A stretch of DNA of 64,000 bases, from positions 682,001 through 746,000 of the forward strand of contig NC_134034.1 in NCBI RefSeq assembly GCF_964204645.1, given 5' to 3'. Within the stretch, counting starts at the first letter, position 1; each line of letters starts with the position of its first letter. The DNA is from Tubulanus polymorphus (lineage: Eukaryota > Animalia > Nemertea). Below are positions 1 to 13,957 of this stretch, piece by piece. Both the position numbers and the translations under genes were made by a program. A model generated the notes under the pieces. It did no database searches and had not been told where the DNA came from. It saw only the letters and a program-made list of their open reading frames with translations.

Positions 1-803
1 GGGGACTTGCACAACCCAATCATCAATGTCGGGTGAAAATTAAAACACCTCGCTTCTCGAGGCTGATGAGAAAATACAGATGATACAATGATGATTAAAG
101 TCATTTAACAGATTAAAACATCAATAATTGTTAACTCGCAAATAATGCGGAAATGTTTACAAGATGAGGACCCACAAATATCCCGCCAGATGTCGCTTTC
201 GGTAGTAATTCTTAATTGTTCCATTTGGTTCTCGTAATTGCTTCCAATAGAGGCTCGATTTGAACCTGATGGTTCTCCGAACGTTCACTATGTGACAACA
301 AACTAATAGCATGGTTCGAACCCAACTAGTCATTTGGATTTCGACGCATCGATAACGGAATGACCCTGTCCCAGTTCGACAGAGCTCAGATGTGACTCTT
401 TACGTGTGACTCGTGACGTCAAGGCCAGCGTGTGGTCACTATGCGCGTACGTACGCGAAATCGTCAACTATTAATGCTGGGGTTCGAACCTAACCTCTGA
501 TTGCGAAGTTATCGGAGATATGATATTCAAAGAGAAACCCATTATAGTTGCTGCAATGGAAAAACATCCTGCAATCATCTGATGACAAATACGAATCGCG
601 TGTTTCAAATTTTATTTGAATAATGATCGCGACGGATGGAAAGCGGTCGAGCGATTTAACACGACAAAACACTAAAAACATCGCATCAATTGCAAAAGCG
701 TTAAATCAATATTACGGGAATTTTCCTTTTTTTCACATGCATCGAGTAACGAGGAAATCGCGAACAATAATAGCTGTTAGTTAGGGGGTAGTGGCGGTAC
801 AGA

Positions 804-1011
804 CCGCTAGGGGGAGACACCGGGCACGATTTCAGTATCTAGAACGCAGTTGCGCACGAAATTACAAATTTTAAATCCACACAAATTGTTTGAACGAGAT
901 TGAAATCGAATGACAGTTTGTGTACACACCGCTAGGAGGCGTCACCGGGGATGATCTCAGTATTTTCACGTGTGAAATCTGTTTGTTTTTTACTCGACCA
1001 CTAGGGGGAGT
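804..1011 (+). promoter_or_regulatory. Cluster of three CTCF-like motifs just 3' of copy A
   Basis: CCGCTAGGGGGAGA (804), CCGCTAGGAGGCGT (929), CCACTAGGGGGAGT (998) resemble the CTCF consensus CCRCYAGRKGGCR. Confidence 0.45.
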
Positions 1012-1021
1012 AACCGGCGGT

Positions 1022-2931
1022 CTAAGCAAGTTGGTAATAATCCCAAATGCTTCGTAAGAATTCGTCACTTTTAACGCCGTCCCAGAAGATGAGATCATCG
1101 ATTATAAGCGGGTGTCGTGTGTTAGTTCGCCCGGCAAGAGCTCCAATGGTGCATTGATTTATTGTAGAGATACAATTAGCTGACAGATCACCGTCGTGTG
1201 CAACGTTACCTAAAAGTAGAATAGCCCTGCACTCAAACTTCAAGAATATATAATTTCATATTATCAAATTTAGACGTTTAAGAAATGAAAATATTTTATC
1301 AAGAGTTTAGTATTCGAAATAATAAAAAAAGAAGTAAAAAAAGTAAAAAAAGAAGACACATGAACTCGTTCAAGAGTTCAGGTGTGAAGAAAATAATAAA
1401 AAGTGGGAGGCATCCAGGCTAATCAGTAAATCATTTAGATACTCTTATACATGGTTTCTTAAAAGATTCCAAAATATTTTTGATTAATTCAATGATGAAA
1501 TGATGAAATTATTTTATAAACAAGTTTCTCTCTTGCTCTTTTAAGTATATGTAACACATAGCGGGTCTGAATCTTACTAACGTTACCTAAAGTTCCGTTG
1601 GTGTACAATTGCGCCCCCTGCTGACGATTCCACGTGGCAGTCACGTGCACCCAGCCGATACCGATATGTGTGTGACTAGCGACTCGAATCTGTCTTTGTT
1701 TTCCGTATTTATTGCCGAAACAATGCCGAATACTCATCTGGATATAACCGGCTTGGTGGAATACCGAATAACCGTACGATCCGCTTGTATGGCCGCCATT
1801 ACCAAGATAGAATATCGTGTCACAACTCGAGCATAGCGGATTCTCAAAAATCGGGTTCTCATTCATCACGTACAACCAGAACATCATCGTAAAACCGTCC
1901 GCGCCGCATTCCGTAAAGTTTCCCCCGAAACAACCCAGATGACGAACGTCTCCGAAATTCAAGTATCCAGTATTCCGGATCTGCAGTGCGTGTTCGGAGA
2001 ATGGTCCGGCGACCAGACCGTAGCCCGATCCGTAAAATGTGCCGTTCAATTGAGCGCCTATGAGTTTATTGCCTTCGATCGTGTCCATCGAGAAAAATTG
2101 CGACGCGTCTGAAAATTAATATATTCGTGCATATTCAAATCGACTGAAATTTCCTTTTAGGTTCGAACCCTAACTCGATGCAACTTTACAGTCAAAACTT
2201 TCAAGTAAAGCGGCGAGGCAGTGGTAAAGGTGGGAAGAGACCAGAGAGGGAAGGGAAAGGGCGAGTGGTCGAAATATTGTCGAAGTCTCGCGAGATCCGA
2301 CCAAACTCGCACGTGATCCAAGATGGCCGCTTTTATTTGAAACTAACCGTTAGTGTAATACTGACAATCCGGTCCGATGAAACTATTGGTGCACACGTAT
2401 CGACCAGGTTCAGTGTTCTCCTAAACATGAAAAACGAAACACAGATTATATAGAAAAAAGTAACAAATCAGTTGAAAATGGTTTTTGTAGATATTAAGTT
2501 GAAGTGAAATAGACGACCAAATATGCGAACGCACAGATTGTCATAAAATGTCAAGGCCAGCACGCGAACGTCGCGTGCCAAATCTAATCCCTATTGAAAA
2601 AATTATGAATTACCGTTCGTTGCTCGTAGAACATCGTATCATCCGTGGTGGGTTCGAGTCCCGTACAATTCGAATCGGAAGTGCGCGAGTAATGGCGGCA
2701 CATCCGGTTTGTTTCGGAGTATGAGACTGATTGACAGCGATCGTCTGCGGTGCATCGTCTAAAACAGCGCAGATATTCAGAATCACCGAAGACTTCCTTC
2801 GGTTGAAACATCCCAGAATTAACCGGTTTCATGTGCGCGCAATTTGGAGATGCTCTGAAAAGTCGTTGGCGATTTTCATCTCCGGAAACACTCAACATCC
2901 ACGTGACCAACAGCAACATCGAGAAATCCAT
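1022..2931 (-). CDS. Secreted PAN/Apple + half-EGF + LamG/ConA-like domain protein, copy A (4 exons, ~366 aa)
   Basis: Exons 2931-2614, 2420-2348, 2108-1587, 1209-1022 have GT-AG junctions and consistent phases. Signal peptide MDFSMLLLVTWMLSVSG; PAN motif CFRRCTADDRCQSVSY..C; CTNSFIGPDC; LamG-like GFTMMFWLY, WVHVTATW, LYTNG, IDDLIFWD. Paralogous to 11448-13405. Confidence 0.85.
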
Positions 2932-3984
2932 TGTGAATATCTAATCTAAACGAATAATCGATTTGATACTATAGGTTTGTACTGAAAAATGATAGGGCTG
3001 GGAACGCAGTTGCTCAAATTTTGGTTAAAGATAACTGACCTATTAATACCATAGTAACGATTGAGTTTTAATTGTGACCATGTCAACTACCCACTGGTTA
3101 TCTAACTCCAACTAACTTATGAGCAACTGACCCCTGACTGTAACTCAATTATAACCTTTTGGTAGAGAGTCAAAATAATGATCGATATAGCTATGAAAAT
3201 TACAAAACTCATCCTTGAAACTGATATATAACAGTACGATCGATTTCACCGAATCACTTCAGCCTCATCCGGAATATATGAAATATATGAAATAAACTAC
3301 GTCTAGGTAAAGTATCCTGACCTGCGGTGAAACGCTCTGAGTCCATTTGAATATAGAAAATCCCACGCTTAAATCGAAAATGATAAATTCCGAAATGTTT
3401 TCTTTGAGCAACAATAGAAGGAGGTCGCTTTACTATTCAACTCCTACTCTTTAGAATGAACTATACCTCGTAGCGTAACAGGAGTCTCCATCTCTGTCTC
3501 AGGCTTCAAATCCAAAAATTGAAAACTTTTCTTATTATCAACACCTAAGATTAATTTCTAATCTTTACATTTACAGTGTAGTTTTAGAATGTAAACCGCG
3601 CATGTTAAGATTTTATAACCGCGCTATTTATATAAGAGAATATATTATCATTACAGTTGGTAGTTTATTCGGGAGCTGATCTGGTGAACTGGCGTTAACT
3701 ACGATGGTAAACTCCATTATAACAATTAATCATGAAGTCCTCTCTGCCATTTGAATTATTTTTCGGGTTAAAGATAAATACCCGTTGAAACATGTGACTG
3801 GCCGATTAGATGAAACTTTACCCACTGTACGTTGCATTGCTATTACGCTGAATCAATGCTAATTAATATTCATAGCCACCTTGATCAATTAGTAGAGCCA
3901 TTTGCTAATTAGAACTTAGCTACTTAATTGATTTCATGTGACACAAAGTACCATGTTTACAATAAACCTGCCATACGGACTTGG

Positions 3985-4600
3985 TAAAGTTGAAACTGGT
4001 AAAATTCTAGCCCCCGAGTTGGTGTCAAATACTGAGTAAGAGTTTGTGAAATAGAGTAGACTCTGTCTCTTACTGCGGTAAAGTTGAGACTGGTAAAATT
4101 TTACCTCGAGTTGGTGTCAAATACCGAGTAAGAGTTTATGAAATACAGTAGACTCTGTCTCTTACTGCGGTAAAGTTGAGACCGGTAAAATTCTACCTCG
4201 AGTTGGTGTCAGATACCGAGTAAGAGTTTATGAAATACAGTAGACTCTGTCTCTTACTGCGGTTAAGTTGAGACTGGTAAAATTCTACCTCGAGTTGGTG
4301 TCAGATATCGAGTATAGGGGTTTGTGAAATACAGTAGACTCTGTCTCTTACTGCGGTAAAGTTGAAACCGGTAAAATTTTACCTCGAGTTGGTGTCAAAT
4401 ACCGAGTAAGAGTTTATGAAATACAGTAGACTCTGTCTCTTACTGCGGTAAAGTTGAAACCGGTAAAATTTTACCTCGAGTTGGTGTCAAATACCGAGTA
4501 AGAGTTTATGAAATACAGTAGACTCTGTCTCTTACTGCGGTTAAGTTGAGACTGGTAAAATTCTACCTCGAGTTGGTGTCAGATATCGAGTAAGGGGTTG
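3985..4600. repeat. 92-bp minisatellite, ~6.5 copies
   Basis: Unit aagttgagactggtaaaatt...cttactgcggta recurs at 4081, 4173 and onward; inverted counterpart at ~9860-10160. Confidence 0.9.
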
Positions 4601-5514
4601 TTTGTGGAATATATCAAGTGTTCACATGTCCACTAAATATGGGTTATGTTACAGTTGTCACTGGCGACAGGTTTTACAACATGTTCACAATAATTGCAAA
4701 GTAAAATTTCATGAGCAATAAAAAGTCTCCATCATTCATTCTTTCTATATCTGTCAGTAATAGCTGATTCATTCCAAACAGACAGTAATCTGTATCGTGA
4801 ATGAAATTGTCAATAAAGGCAATAACTAACGATCCAAAATATATCAACAACACAATAAAGTATTTATAACGATGATGTAACGATATTAATTCCAAAATGA
4901 TATATCATCCAATCTTCACGCCTGGGTTGATATATTTTACAGCGCTGCTCATCGTCCAAAAAAAATCAGTTTCACTGGTTTTGATTCCAAAAGGATTATC
5001 GAACATAAACGTATTAAACTTACTATTACAACGTTATACCCGGTGTATATACCGAGTTTGCTCATTTATTTAGACCAACGGTTATATCAACGGGAATCGT
5101 TCAGCTTCAAATCAGGGTCTCAGATCCCTCCCGCTGACAGTTCAAAACCAAATTAGAAACGAACCAATCAACACTCTGAACCTTGCTAACCCGGATCCAA
5201 GAACCATTTTGCAGAATTCATTACTAAGAGTTAACCCTTAAGTTGAAATTAGATCGATTTCTTTTCCGAGTTTTAAACAGTTCATTTTAAGTACAAGTTA
5301 TCGCTGACTCGGAACTGAAAAGCTCGACCGTGTTCTACATTTCCCGGTTACAATTGACCTTAGACTTAAACCTTTTCACTAATGAAATGCTGATCCCATT
5401 CGGAATGGTATACGCAGGGGGCATGTTGGTGGGGTAGTTATCTACCTCCCCCTCCACCCCGTGCGCCTGTCACTGATAAACCACTTGGTCAGTAGCTGAT
5501 TAAGCAATACCAAT

Positions 5515-6033
5515 TCCACTACCACTACCACTACCACTACCACTACCACTACCACTACCACTACAGCTACCACTACCACTACCACTACCATTACCACCAC
5601 TACCACCACTACTCCCACCACTACCACTACCACCACTACCACCACTACCACTACCACTACCACTACAGCTACCACTACCACTACCACTACCACTACCACT
5701 ACCACTACCACTACCACTACCACTACCACCACTACCACCACTACCACTACCACTACCACTACAGCTACCACTACCACTACCACTACCACTACCACTACCA
5801 CTTCCACTTCCACTACCACTACCACCACTACCACTACCACTACCACTACAGCTACCACTACCACTACCACTACCACTACCACCACTACTCCCACCACTTC
5901 CACTACCACCACTACCACTACCACTACCACCACTACCACCACTACTCCCACCACTTCCACTACCACCACTACCACTACCACTACCACCACTACCACCACT
6001 ACTCCCACCACTTCCACTACCACTACCACTACC
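5515..6033. repeat. (ACCACT)n/(ACC)n microsatellite
   Basis: Seen directly; the poly-Val ORF is an artefact of it. Confidence 0.95.
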
Positions 6034-6521
6034 AAAACTGAAATATTACCGATACTGAAACCCTAGATACTGCACTAACCTTTACATTAATTGAATCCTA
6101 GTCGCTGCAGCATTGGGCATCAATTAGATAGAGATCATCCCTCAGGTGTTAATGGAATGATGAGATCTCAATTCTAATTGGTTAGGCAATCGAAAATACG
6201 GACCAATCAGAATCGGTGATAAACTGGTACAAGCACTAGGTCAAGTTTATTTCACCGAAAATTGATAATTTGAAAATGATGAAACATGTAAAATACGCAG
6301 TGAAATTAATTAAATTCTGAAAAAAGAACTATTAAAAAAGTAAGAAAAAGTAGCGTTCAGCGAGCAACTTTCTGAGTGAGATAACTACTGTTTCTTACTT
6401 TCTGTAAAAGAAATGTTTACGTCATTTTAAATTGCTGATGTGACGGATTGGTAATTTCTGATAAATATTGTTAATTTCTTCAGTAACATGTCACTTGTTG
6501 TTGTTGGTGGTGGTGGTGCTG

Positions 6522-6950
<429 letters not shown>

Positions 6951-9859
6951 ACCCCAGGACAAACAAATATACAGTGCACTATGTTCTCCACTCAACGAGG
7001 TATTTCTATTACTACGATTTTTGATTGGTCGAAGTTTCTTTTTCTCAAATTGCTAAAAGCATCATTATGTTGTGCATGCTATCCCTCTGTGGATGATTAT
7101 TGTCTCGTGGATTGAGTTGACGCCGCGCAGAAATCGATCGATCGCTTTCTAAATGCATGTGATGCTACATTAACACATTATGTAATCATCGTATCGTCTG
7201 GCGTTCAAATACGATGCGCTTTCAAACATTATAGATTTTTCTCGCCGGAACAAAATCGCTTTTACATGTATTTCAGTCCAACAAATCCGGTGACGTTTTG
7301 ATTTCACAAATTCCCAATTTTTACCTGTGTAATCATGCGGTATATAATTATTTTCATTTTAGTATTGTAACCTTTTTTGGGTGGATTGGGAGGATATATT
7401 GTGCTTAATTTGTTTGATTATACAATTAATTCATTTTTCATAAATCATTAAACATTACCTACAATATGAATAATATGCCTACGAGTCATCCAGTTGACTT
7501 AATACAACCAGTAAAACCGTGCTGCCTGAATAAACCATCGTTTTTATATCCAATTTACACATTGAGGGATTTTACCAAAAAGCTTAATCTTCTCATGTTG
7601 AAAAGAGTAAAAATCGCTTAATCTTTTAAACACATACCACGTACCTCTAATTGGTATCAATGCGACCAGTAATGTTGTCTCAATAAACCAGAGTTTTCAT
7701 ATCTATTTTGAACTGTAGTGAAGGATTGCCGCAAAGTCAAATACCCACACCCTCTCCCCCGAGAAATGTAAATTAAAAAACAGGTTACAGACTGACAATG
7801 AATTATAGACTATATGAATCATTGAATCCACAGTAACGCCGCTAAGTACGGTTGACACTATGTATGATGTAGGTGATGAATATTGATATGGATTAATTAG
7901 TGAGGACCTGTGTGTAATCCCTCATGGCAAATAAAACTTAGTACATGCGATTAATTTACGCAATCTAAATTAGCCCTAGTGGGGGACTATTGCAACATAT
8001 TAATATCACTTTAATTTAGGAGAAATTGGTGTTTTGTAAATCATATTTCTGAATGGAAAGGAGTTGATGTATATTTTTGGCAGGGATCAGTTAAGTGAAC
8101 TTCCAGCATATCTTGATACTCAAGACAAAGTCGCTGTTGGTTGCTCCAAGTCCCAATCAGCAGCGGCTGTAACATCAGCAGCACCAGCACTAGTAGTAGC
8201 AGCAGCACCACCACCACCACCAACGCCACCACCACCAGCACAGACTTCCTGTGAAATACCGTGTTCAGAATGAAGTGATTGTGCTATTTGTTTTCCAGCA
8301 AAACGCTGCCTACCTTATTAGTATATCTTTTTACTGTATGGTGACGTTTGCAGGTCCATATCTCTTCAACCGACCCATGTATGGATTGCTTACGTACCTA
8401 CACACGTCAAGGTATTCTAGATAACTTTTGCACCTGCCAGAGTTCAAGGCCAAGGCACATTTAGATTTCCCCACGTGTTTGTTTACATAACTTCTATTTA
8501 TAGTTTATGTGCGGCGTAAGCATCCACGCAGGTAGTCTGACAATAACAACAATGGCGTAACCATTGATAAGCCCAGTCATATATCCCATGAAAGCCCAAC
8601 AGAACCCGAAAAGAAGGACTGTAGTTTACTCTTATGATTCGGCCACCTTTATTGAATATGGTTGAGTTTGTTTTTGATTATATAGTTTTACAGATAGTCC
8701 CCTGTGACAGAGCGTCAGAGATAGTCATCTAAGTAAAGGGTTCGGTCGCTGAAGGCTCCATTTTCTTACTCATTCGTTATTGTGCTTGATTGAAATTGTG
8801 TGCATTTCACCACGTATGTTTCTTATTTGTTTGAATTACCCTTAATCGGTGAAATAAACCTGACCATGTACTTGTTAGTCTGTTGCCATTCTGATTGGTC
8901 CGTGTTTTCGACGGTCTGACCAATTGGAATTGAGGTTATCATTCCAAAAACACATGAGGATGATGATATCTATCTAATTGATGCTAAGAGCTGCAGCGAA
9001 TAGGATTCAATTGAAAAAGTAAGTGCAGTAAGATTTATTATATCTCGGTTAAATATTGCTAAAGTCATGAAAGTAAATCCAAAGTTTATCTACGTTCGAC
9101 TATCGAAAATAAGCTGGTTTTTACTCCAAGTTAACTCTAACTCGGCAAATTGGTTCCTGGACCGTGTTAAATGAAATGCTAAGAAATTTTGAATACTAAG
9201 CTTCATTTAGGCATAATTAATTGCAACACCAGGGGCCGTAGCTGAATAATGAATGTGCTGGTTGCTTCATTTCTATTTTGGTTGGAACTGTGCAGGAGAA
9301 GGATCTGATACCCTGCCCGGGCACTTTTTAGAAACTCTGATTTGAAGCGGAGATATGTCCTTTGAGTGATTCCCGTTCATATAACCACATGTCAAAATAA
9401 ACGAACAAACTCAATATATAAATGTTTTACGTTGTAATAGTTGTGTTATACGTTTTCGTTTGATAATTCTCTTGGAATCAAAACCAGTGGAAATATTCTA
9501 CTTTTACAATGAGCCTGAACAGCGCTGTAAAATACATCATCCCAGGCGGTAAAATTAAATGATATATCATTTTGAACTATCGTTAAATCAAGGATTATTG
9601 TGTAATTGATATATTTTTATCGTTAGTTTTGGCCCTTAATGTTTCATTTTCATTCCTGTTGCATTCACGGATATCAACGTCTGTATCGAATAATCCGGCT
9701 ATCAATGACAGATATAGATATAATGAATTGATGTGAACTTTTTATGGCTCATGAAATTTCACTTTGCAATAATTGAAAAATTTTTAAAACCATTATCACC
9801 ATTGACAATTGTACCACAACCCCTGGTTGATGGACATGGGTCCATTTAATATATTCCAC

Positions 9860-10160
9860 AAACCCCTTACTCGATATTTGACACCAACTCGGGGTAATAT
9901 TTTACCGGATTCAACTTTACCGCAGTAATAGACAGAGTCTACTGTATTTCACAAACTCTTACTCAATATTTGACACCAACTCGGGGTAGAATTTTACCGT
10001 CTCAACTTTACCGCAGTAAGAAACAGATTACTGTATTTAACAAACTCTTATTCAGTATTTGACACCAACTCGGGGTGGAATTTTACCGGTCTCAACTTAA
10101 CCGCAGTAAAAGACATTATCTACTGTATTTCACAAACTCTTACTCCGTGTTAGACACCAC
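9860..10160. repeat. 92-bp minisatellite, inverted, ~3 copies
   Basis: Reverse complement of the 3985-4600 unit. Confidence 0.85.
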
Positions 10161-10879
10161 ATCGACGGGAAAAAACTTCATTAAGTCCGTATGGCAGGAT
10201 TATCCTAAAAATGGCACTTACTTTGTGTCGCATGAAATAAATCAAAAGGATTCCTTCTATTTAGCAAATGGCTCTACTAATTGATCTAAAAAAGGGCTTT
10301 ATGAATACTTAATAGCATTAAATCAGCTAAATGGCATTGCAACGTAATATGGGGGCTGGCAGATGAACCGATGTTATAGAAAGTTTTATTACCCTGGGGC
10401 TAACTCAAATGGCAAAGTAATTAACCTTAAAAAAGTTAACTTAACGCATAGAACCCGTTATGTGACGATGATATATACGATCCCACACTGATGATGACAA
10501 ACAAGGGTGAATACTAGGATAAGTCGAAATAGTTCTGTAGCTCAAACATTTCGGATTTATTTCAACATTAGTGTATAGGATTCCATATTATGACCGTCAC
10601 ATCACAGACTCGGACATATTTGGATCTAGTGGAGTCTTTGCTTATGTTATTTCCACCGTGGCTTGTATGTTCAACTTCGTGGAGATTTCGGTAGAAGTAT
10701 TATAAGAATAAAAGCGAGTTTATAAATCTCCTGAACAATTCGTGCCGTCCCGCGATCAAATATCTATCCTAAGTGATGTAAGTGGTCACCCTTTAGCAAG
10801 AAAACTGATTTGCATTGAACGTTCTACGTTGTGAAAATTCCTGTTCCGTTCCGTTTCGCATTCTATTAACACATATACT

Positions 10880-11173
10880 AGCCGCGATCACACGGAGACG
10901 ATTTGCCCGGGCCGAATTTGTCGCAAATGACAAATTGGCACGGATCAGGCCTGAGTCAATTTTGGCCCGTGCCGAATAAAAGAGCGCGCTTAAACAAAGC
11001 GAATTGAGTCATTTCCGGAACCAGTTACAATTCAAACTCAATTATTTATTCCGTGCTAAATTCTGATTCGGGCCTGATCCGCCATTTATGGTCGGGGCAA
11101 ACAGGTACGCGAGTTCATTTGGCACCCATGTGAACAGTTGTCCAGAGCCAAAAACGGTCGTGTGATCGCGGCT
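10880..11173. mobile_element. MITE (~295 bp) upstream of copy B
   Basis: Terminal inverted repeats agccgcgatcacacg / cgtgtgatcgcggct; absent from the corresponding region of copy A; flanked by gttccgttcc-rich repeat sequence, so possibly nested. Confidence 0.7.
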
Positions 11174-11447
11174 TTTCTATAGGTCCAAAAAACCAAGAAC
11201 GGAAAGAAACGATAAATAAGAAAAATGAACGCTATATTTACCGATGAATGAATACTAGCGTGCGGACTTTTGAATTAGAGCCATCATAAGATAATGTATT
11301 TAATATACGGACCCTGTTCCTTTTTGATCCGTTCCGTTCCATAGGCCGTTTACCATTGGGGGCAAAGTTGACACCTATCCGCAAAACTCTAAGACGGCCT
11401 ATACGTATCAAAATCGTTTTATTCTCATTGGTTCAGATTAAGGCGCC

Positions 11448-13405
11448 ATGATTGGTTTCTTGATCTTGCTGTTCATCACGTGGTCTCTGCGTGTTTCCGG
11501 AAGTGAATATCGCCAACGAATCTTCAGAATTCCTACTAAATGCGCGCAAATGAAACCGGTGAATTCTGGGATGTTTCAACCGAAGGAAGTCTTCGAAGAT
11601 TCTGAATATCTACGCTGTTTTAGACGATGCACCGCAGACGATCGCTGTCAATCAGTCTCATACTCCGAAACAAACCGGATGTGCCGCCATTACTCGCACA
11701 CTTCCGATTCGAGTTGTACGGGACTCGAACCCACCACGGACGATACAAAATTCTATGAGCTACAAACGGTAAGAACACAGACTATGTAGAAAATTCTATG
11801 TGGCGAATTATTTATTAGTTTTACAATAAGAAATAAGTTTTTCGTGTTATGGTAATCTGTTGGTTCGAATCCTCGGTCGTCGATTTAATTTCAACTATAT
11901 AGTTAATGGAAATTTTAACTTGTCATTCTTTCGATGTATTTGTTTTGTATTTCGTTTTTCATGTTTAGGAGAATACTAAACCTGGTCGATACGTGTGCAC
12001 CAATAGTTTCATCGGACCGGATTGTCAGTATTACAACGGTTAGTTTCCAATAAAATCGGCCATCTTGGATCACGCGTGATTTAGATCAGATCTGTAGCTC
12101 TGTGAGATAAGGTGTGATGCTTTTGGATTCACTATCAATGCCGAGAGACAATATTCTAAAGGCTGTGGTCCGTCCATTTAGTCTTCAACTACTCAATTTC
12201 CCTTCCTCGTTGTTCGCCATCGTCACTCAACTTGGAAGTTTGGGTTGTCACAAGTGACTGTACCGAATATCTCGGATACGAAACCCAAAAGAAAAATTCA
12301 TTCATGAATTTGAATATGCAAATTTATTCAGGACTATATTAATTTTCAGGCGCATCGCAATTTTTCTCGATGGACACGATCGAAGACAATAAACTCATAG
12401 GCACTAAATTGAACGGCACATTTTACGGAACGGGCTACGGTATTGTCGCCGGAGCATTCTCTAAACACGCACTACAGATCCGGAATACTGGGTACTTGAA
12501 TTTCGGAGACGTTCGTCATCTGGGTTGTTTCGGGGGAAATTTTACGGAATGCGGCGCGGTCGGTTTTACGATGATGTTCTGGTTGTACGTGATGGTTGAG
12601 GTCCCTCTTGATGAGAATCCGCTATGCCAAGGATGTTATACGATATATTTTTTGGGTAATGGCGGCCATACAAGCAGATCGTACGGTTATTCGGTATTCC
12701 ACCAAGCCGGTTATATCCAGATGAGTATTCGGCATTGTTTAGGCGAAAAAAGCGGCACCCAAAGGCAGATTCGAGTCGCTAGTCACACACATATCGGTGT
12801 AGGCTGGGTGCACGTGACAGCCACGTGGAATCGTCAGCAGGGGGCGCGATTGTACGCCAACGGAACTTTGGGTAACGATAATTAGATTCAGACCCGTTAC
12901 GTGTTACGCATACGTACTTAAAAGAGCAAGAGAGAAATTTGTTTATAAAGTAATGAAAATCCAAAATCCAAAATACACGAGGTTTTGGAGTATCTTAAGA
13001 AACCATATCTAGAACAGGATCGAAGGGTATTCATTTACCCCCCCCCCCCATATTTTAGTCATTTCTTCACACCTGACGATGGTCTCTCGCCACAAGCCAA
13101 AAAACGTCCTGTTTTTTTTAATCAGATTATCATTATTTCGTTGATATAATAATTTAATTTTCGATCACTTAAATTCCTAACGTTCGAGTCAGTGAAGGGT
13201 TATTTTACTTTCAGGTCAAGTGGCAAAAGAAGGGGATATTCCCGCTAACTGCAGCTCTTCCATCAATGATTACACAATCGGAGCTCTTACCGGGCGAACA
13301 GACGAAAGACGACACCCGCTTATAATCGATGATCTCATCTTCTGGGACGGTGTTAAAAGTGACGAATTCTTACGAAGCGTTTGGGATCATTACCAAATAG
13401 CCTAG
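11448..13405 (+). CDS. Secreted PAN/Apple + half-EGF + LamG/ConA-like domain protein, copy B (4 exons, ~367 aa)
   Basis: Exons 11448-11768, 11969-12038, 12350-12871, 13215-13405; same phases and motifs as copy A. Confidence 0.85.
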
Positions 13406-13957
13406 ACTGCTAGTTACTCCCTCTAGCGGTCGAGTCAACAACGAGTCATTCGATTTCAATCTCATTCGAGAAATTCGTAATGTCGTGCTCAACTTGTGTC
13501 CAGTGACTCCACCTAGCGGTCGGTACCATCACGTCCGGTCAAAATCTGATGATTTCTCCATGATACTCAATGCATCATTCTCGGAAGAAGCTTTAGGCAC
13601 AACAGCCAAACCTACCGGTAACAAAAACAGGGTATTTTTTCCACCCAACGGGGGTGTTGGGTTGGAATAAGTCCTCTACCGTGTTTTAGATGGACAGGTC
13701 TATTGGGGGCCACGCAGGTTCATTCAAGCCTCTATCGATCAGAAATCCAAAAGGACTAATGAAGAATCAATTTTGCAGAGAATAAATCGTATATTTTATT
13801 CTAAGATTTGGTGAACACATCAGATTTGACTTCTCTCAAAGCATGATGAAAATCACTACGATGAATCGAACTGGAAATGAAATAAAATAGTACAATACAC
13901 AAGTATTCAGTATAGATTCGTTATTAAATCTCTTTAGGAAAACATACCTTACTCATT

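Larger units (their letters stand above)
795..6290 (-). repeat. Left arm of a large diverged inverted duplication
   Basis: Reverse complement of ~8810-13527 across exons, introns, the 92-bp satellite and intergenic DNA (e.g. 6090-6290 vs 8810-9010; 795-915 vs 13445-13527). Parts of the upstream regions do not align. Confidence 0.85.
8810..13527 (+). repeat. Right arm of the large inverted duplication
   Basis: See the left arm. Confidence 0.85.

Noticed and set aside
8064-8273. Ala/Pro-rich ORF in the duplication spacer
   Set aside because: Low complexity, no recognisable domain and no partner exons found.
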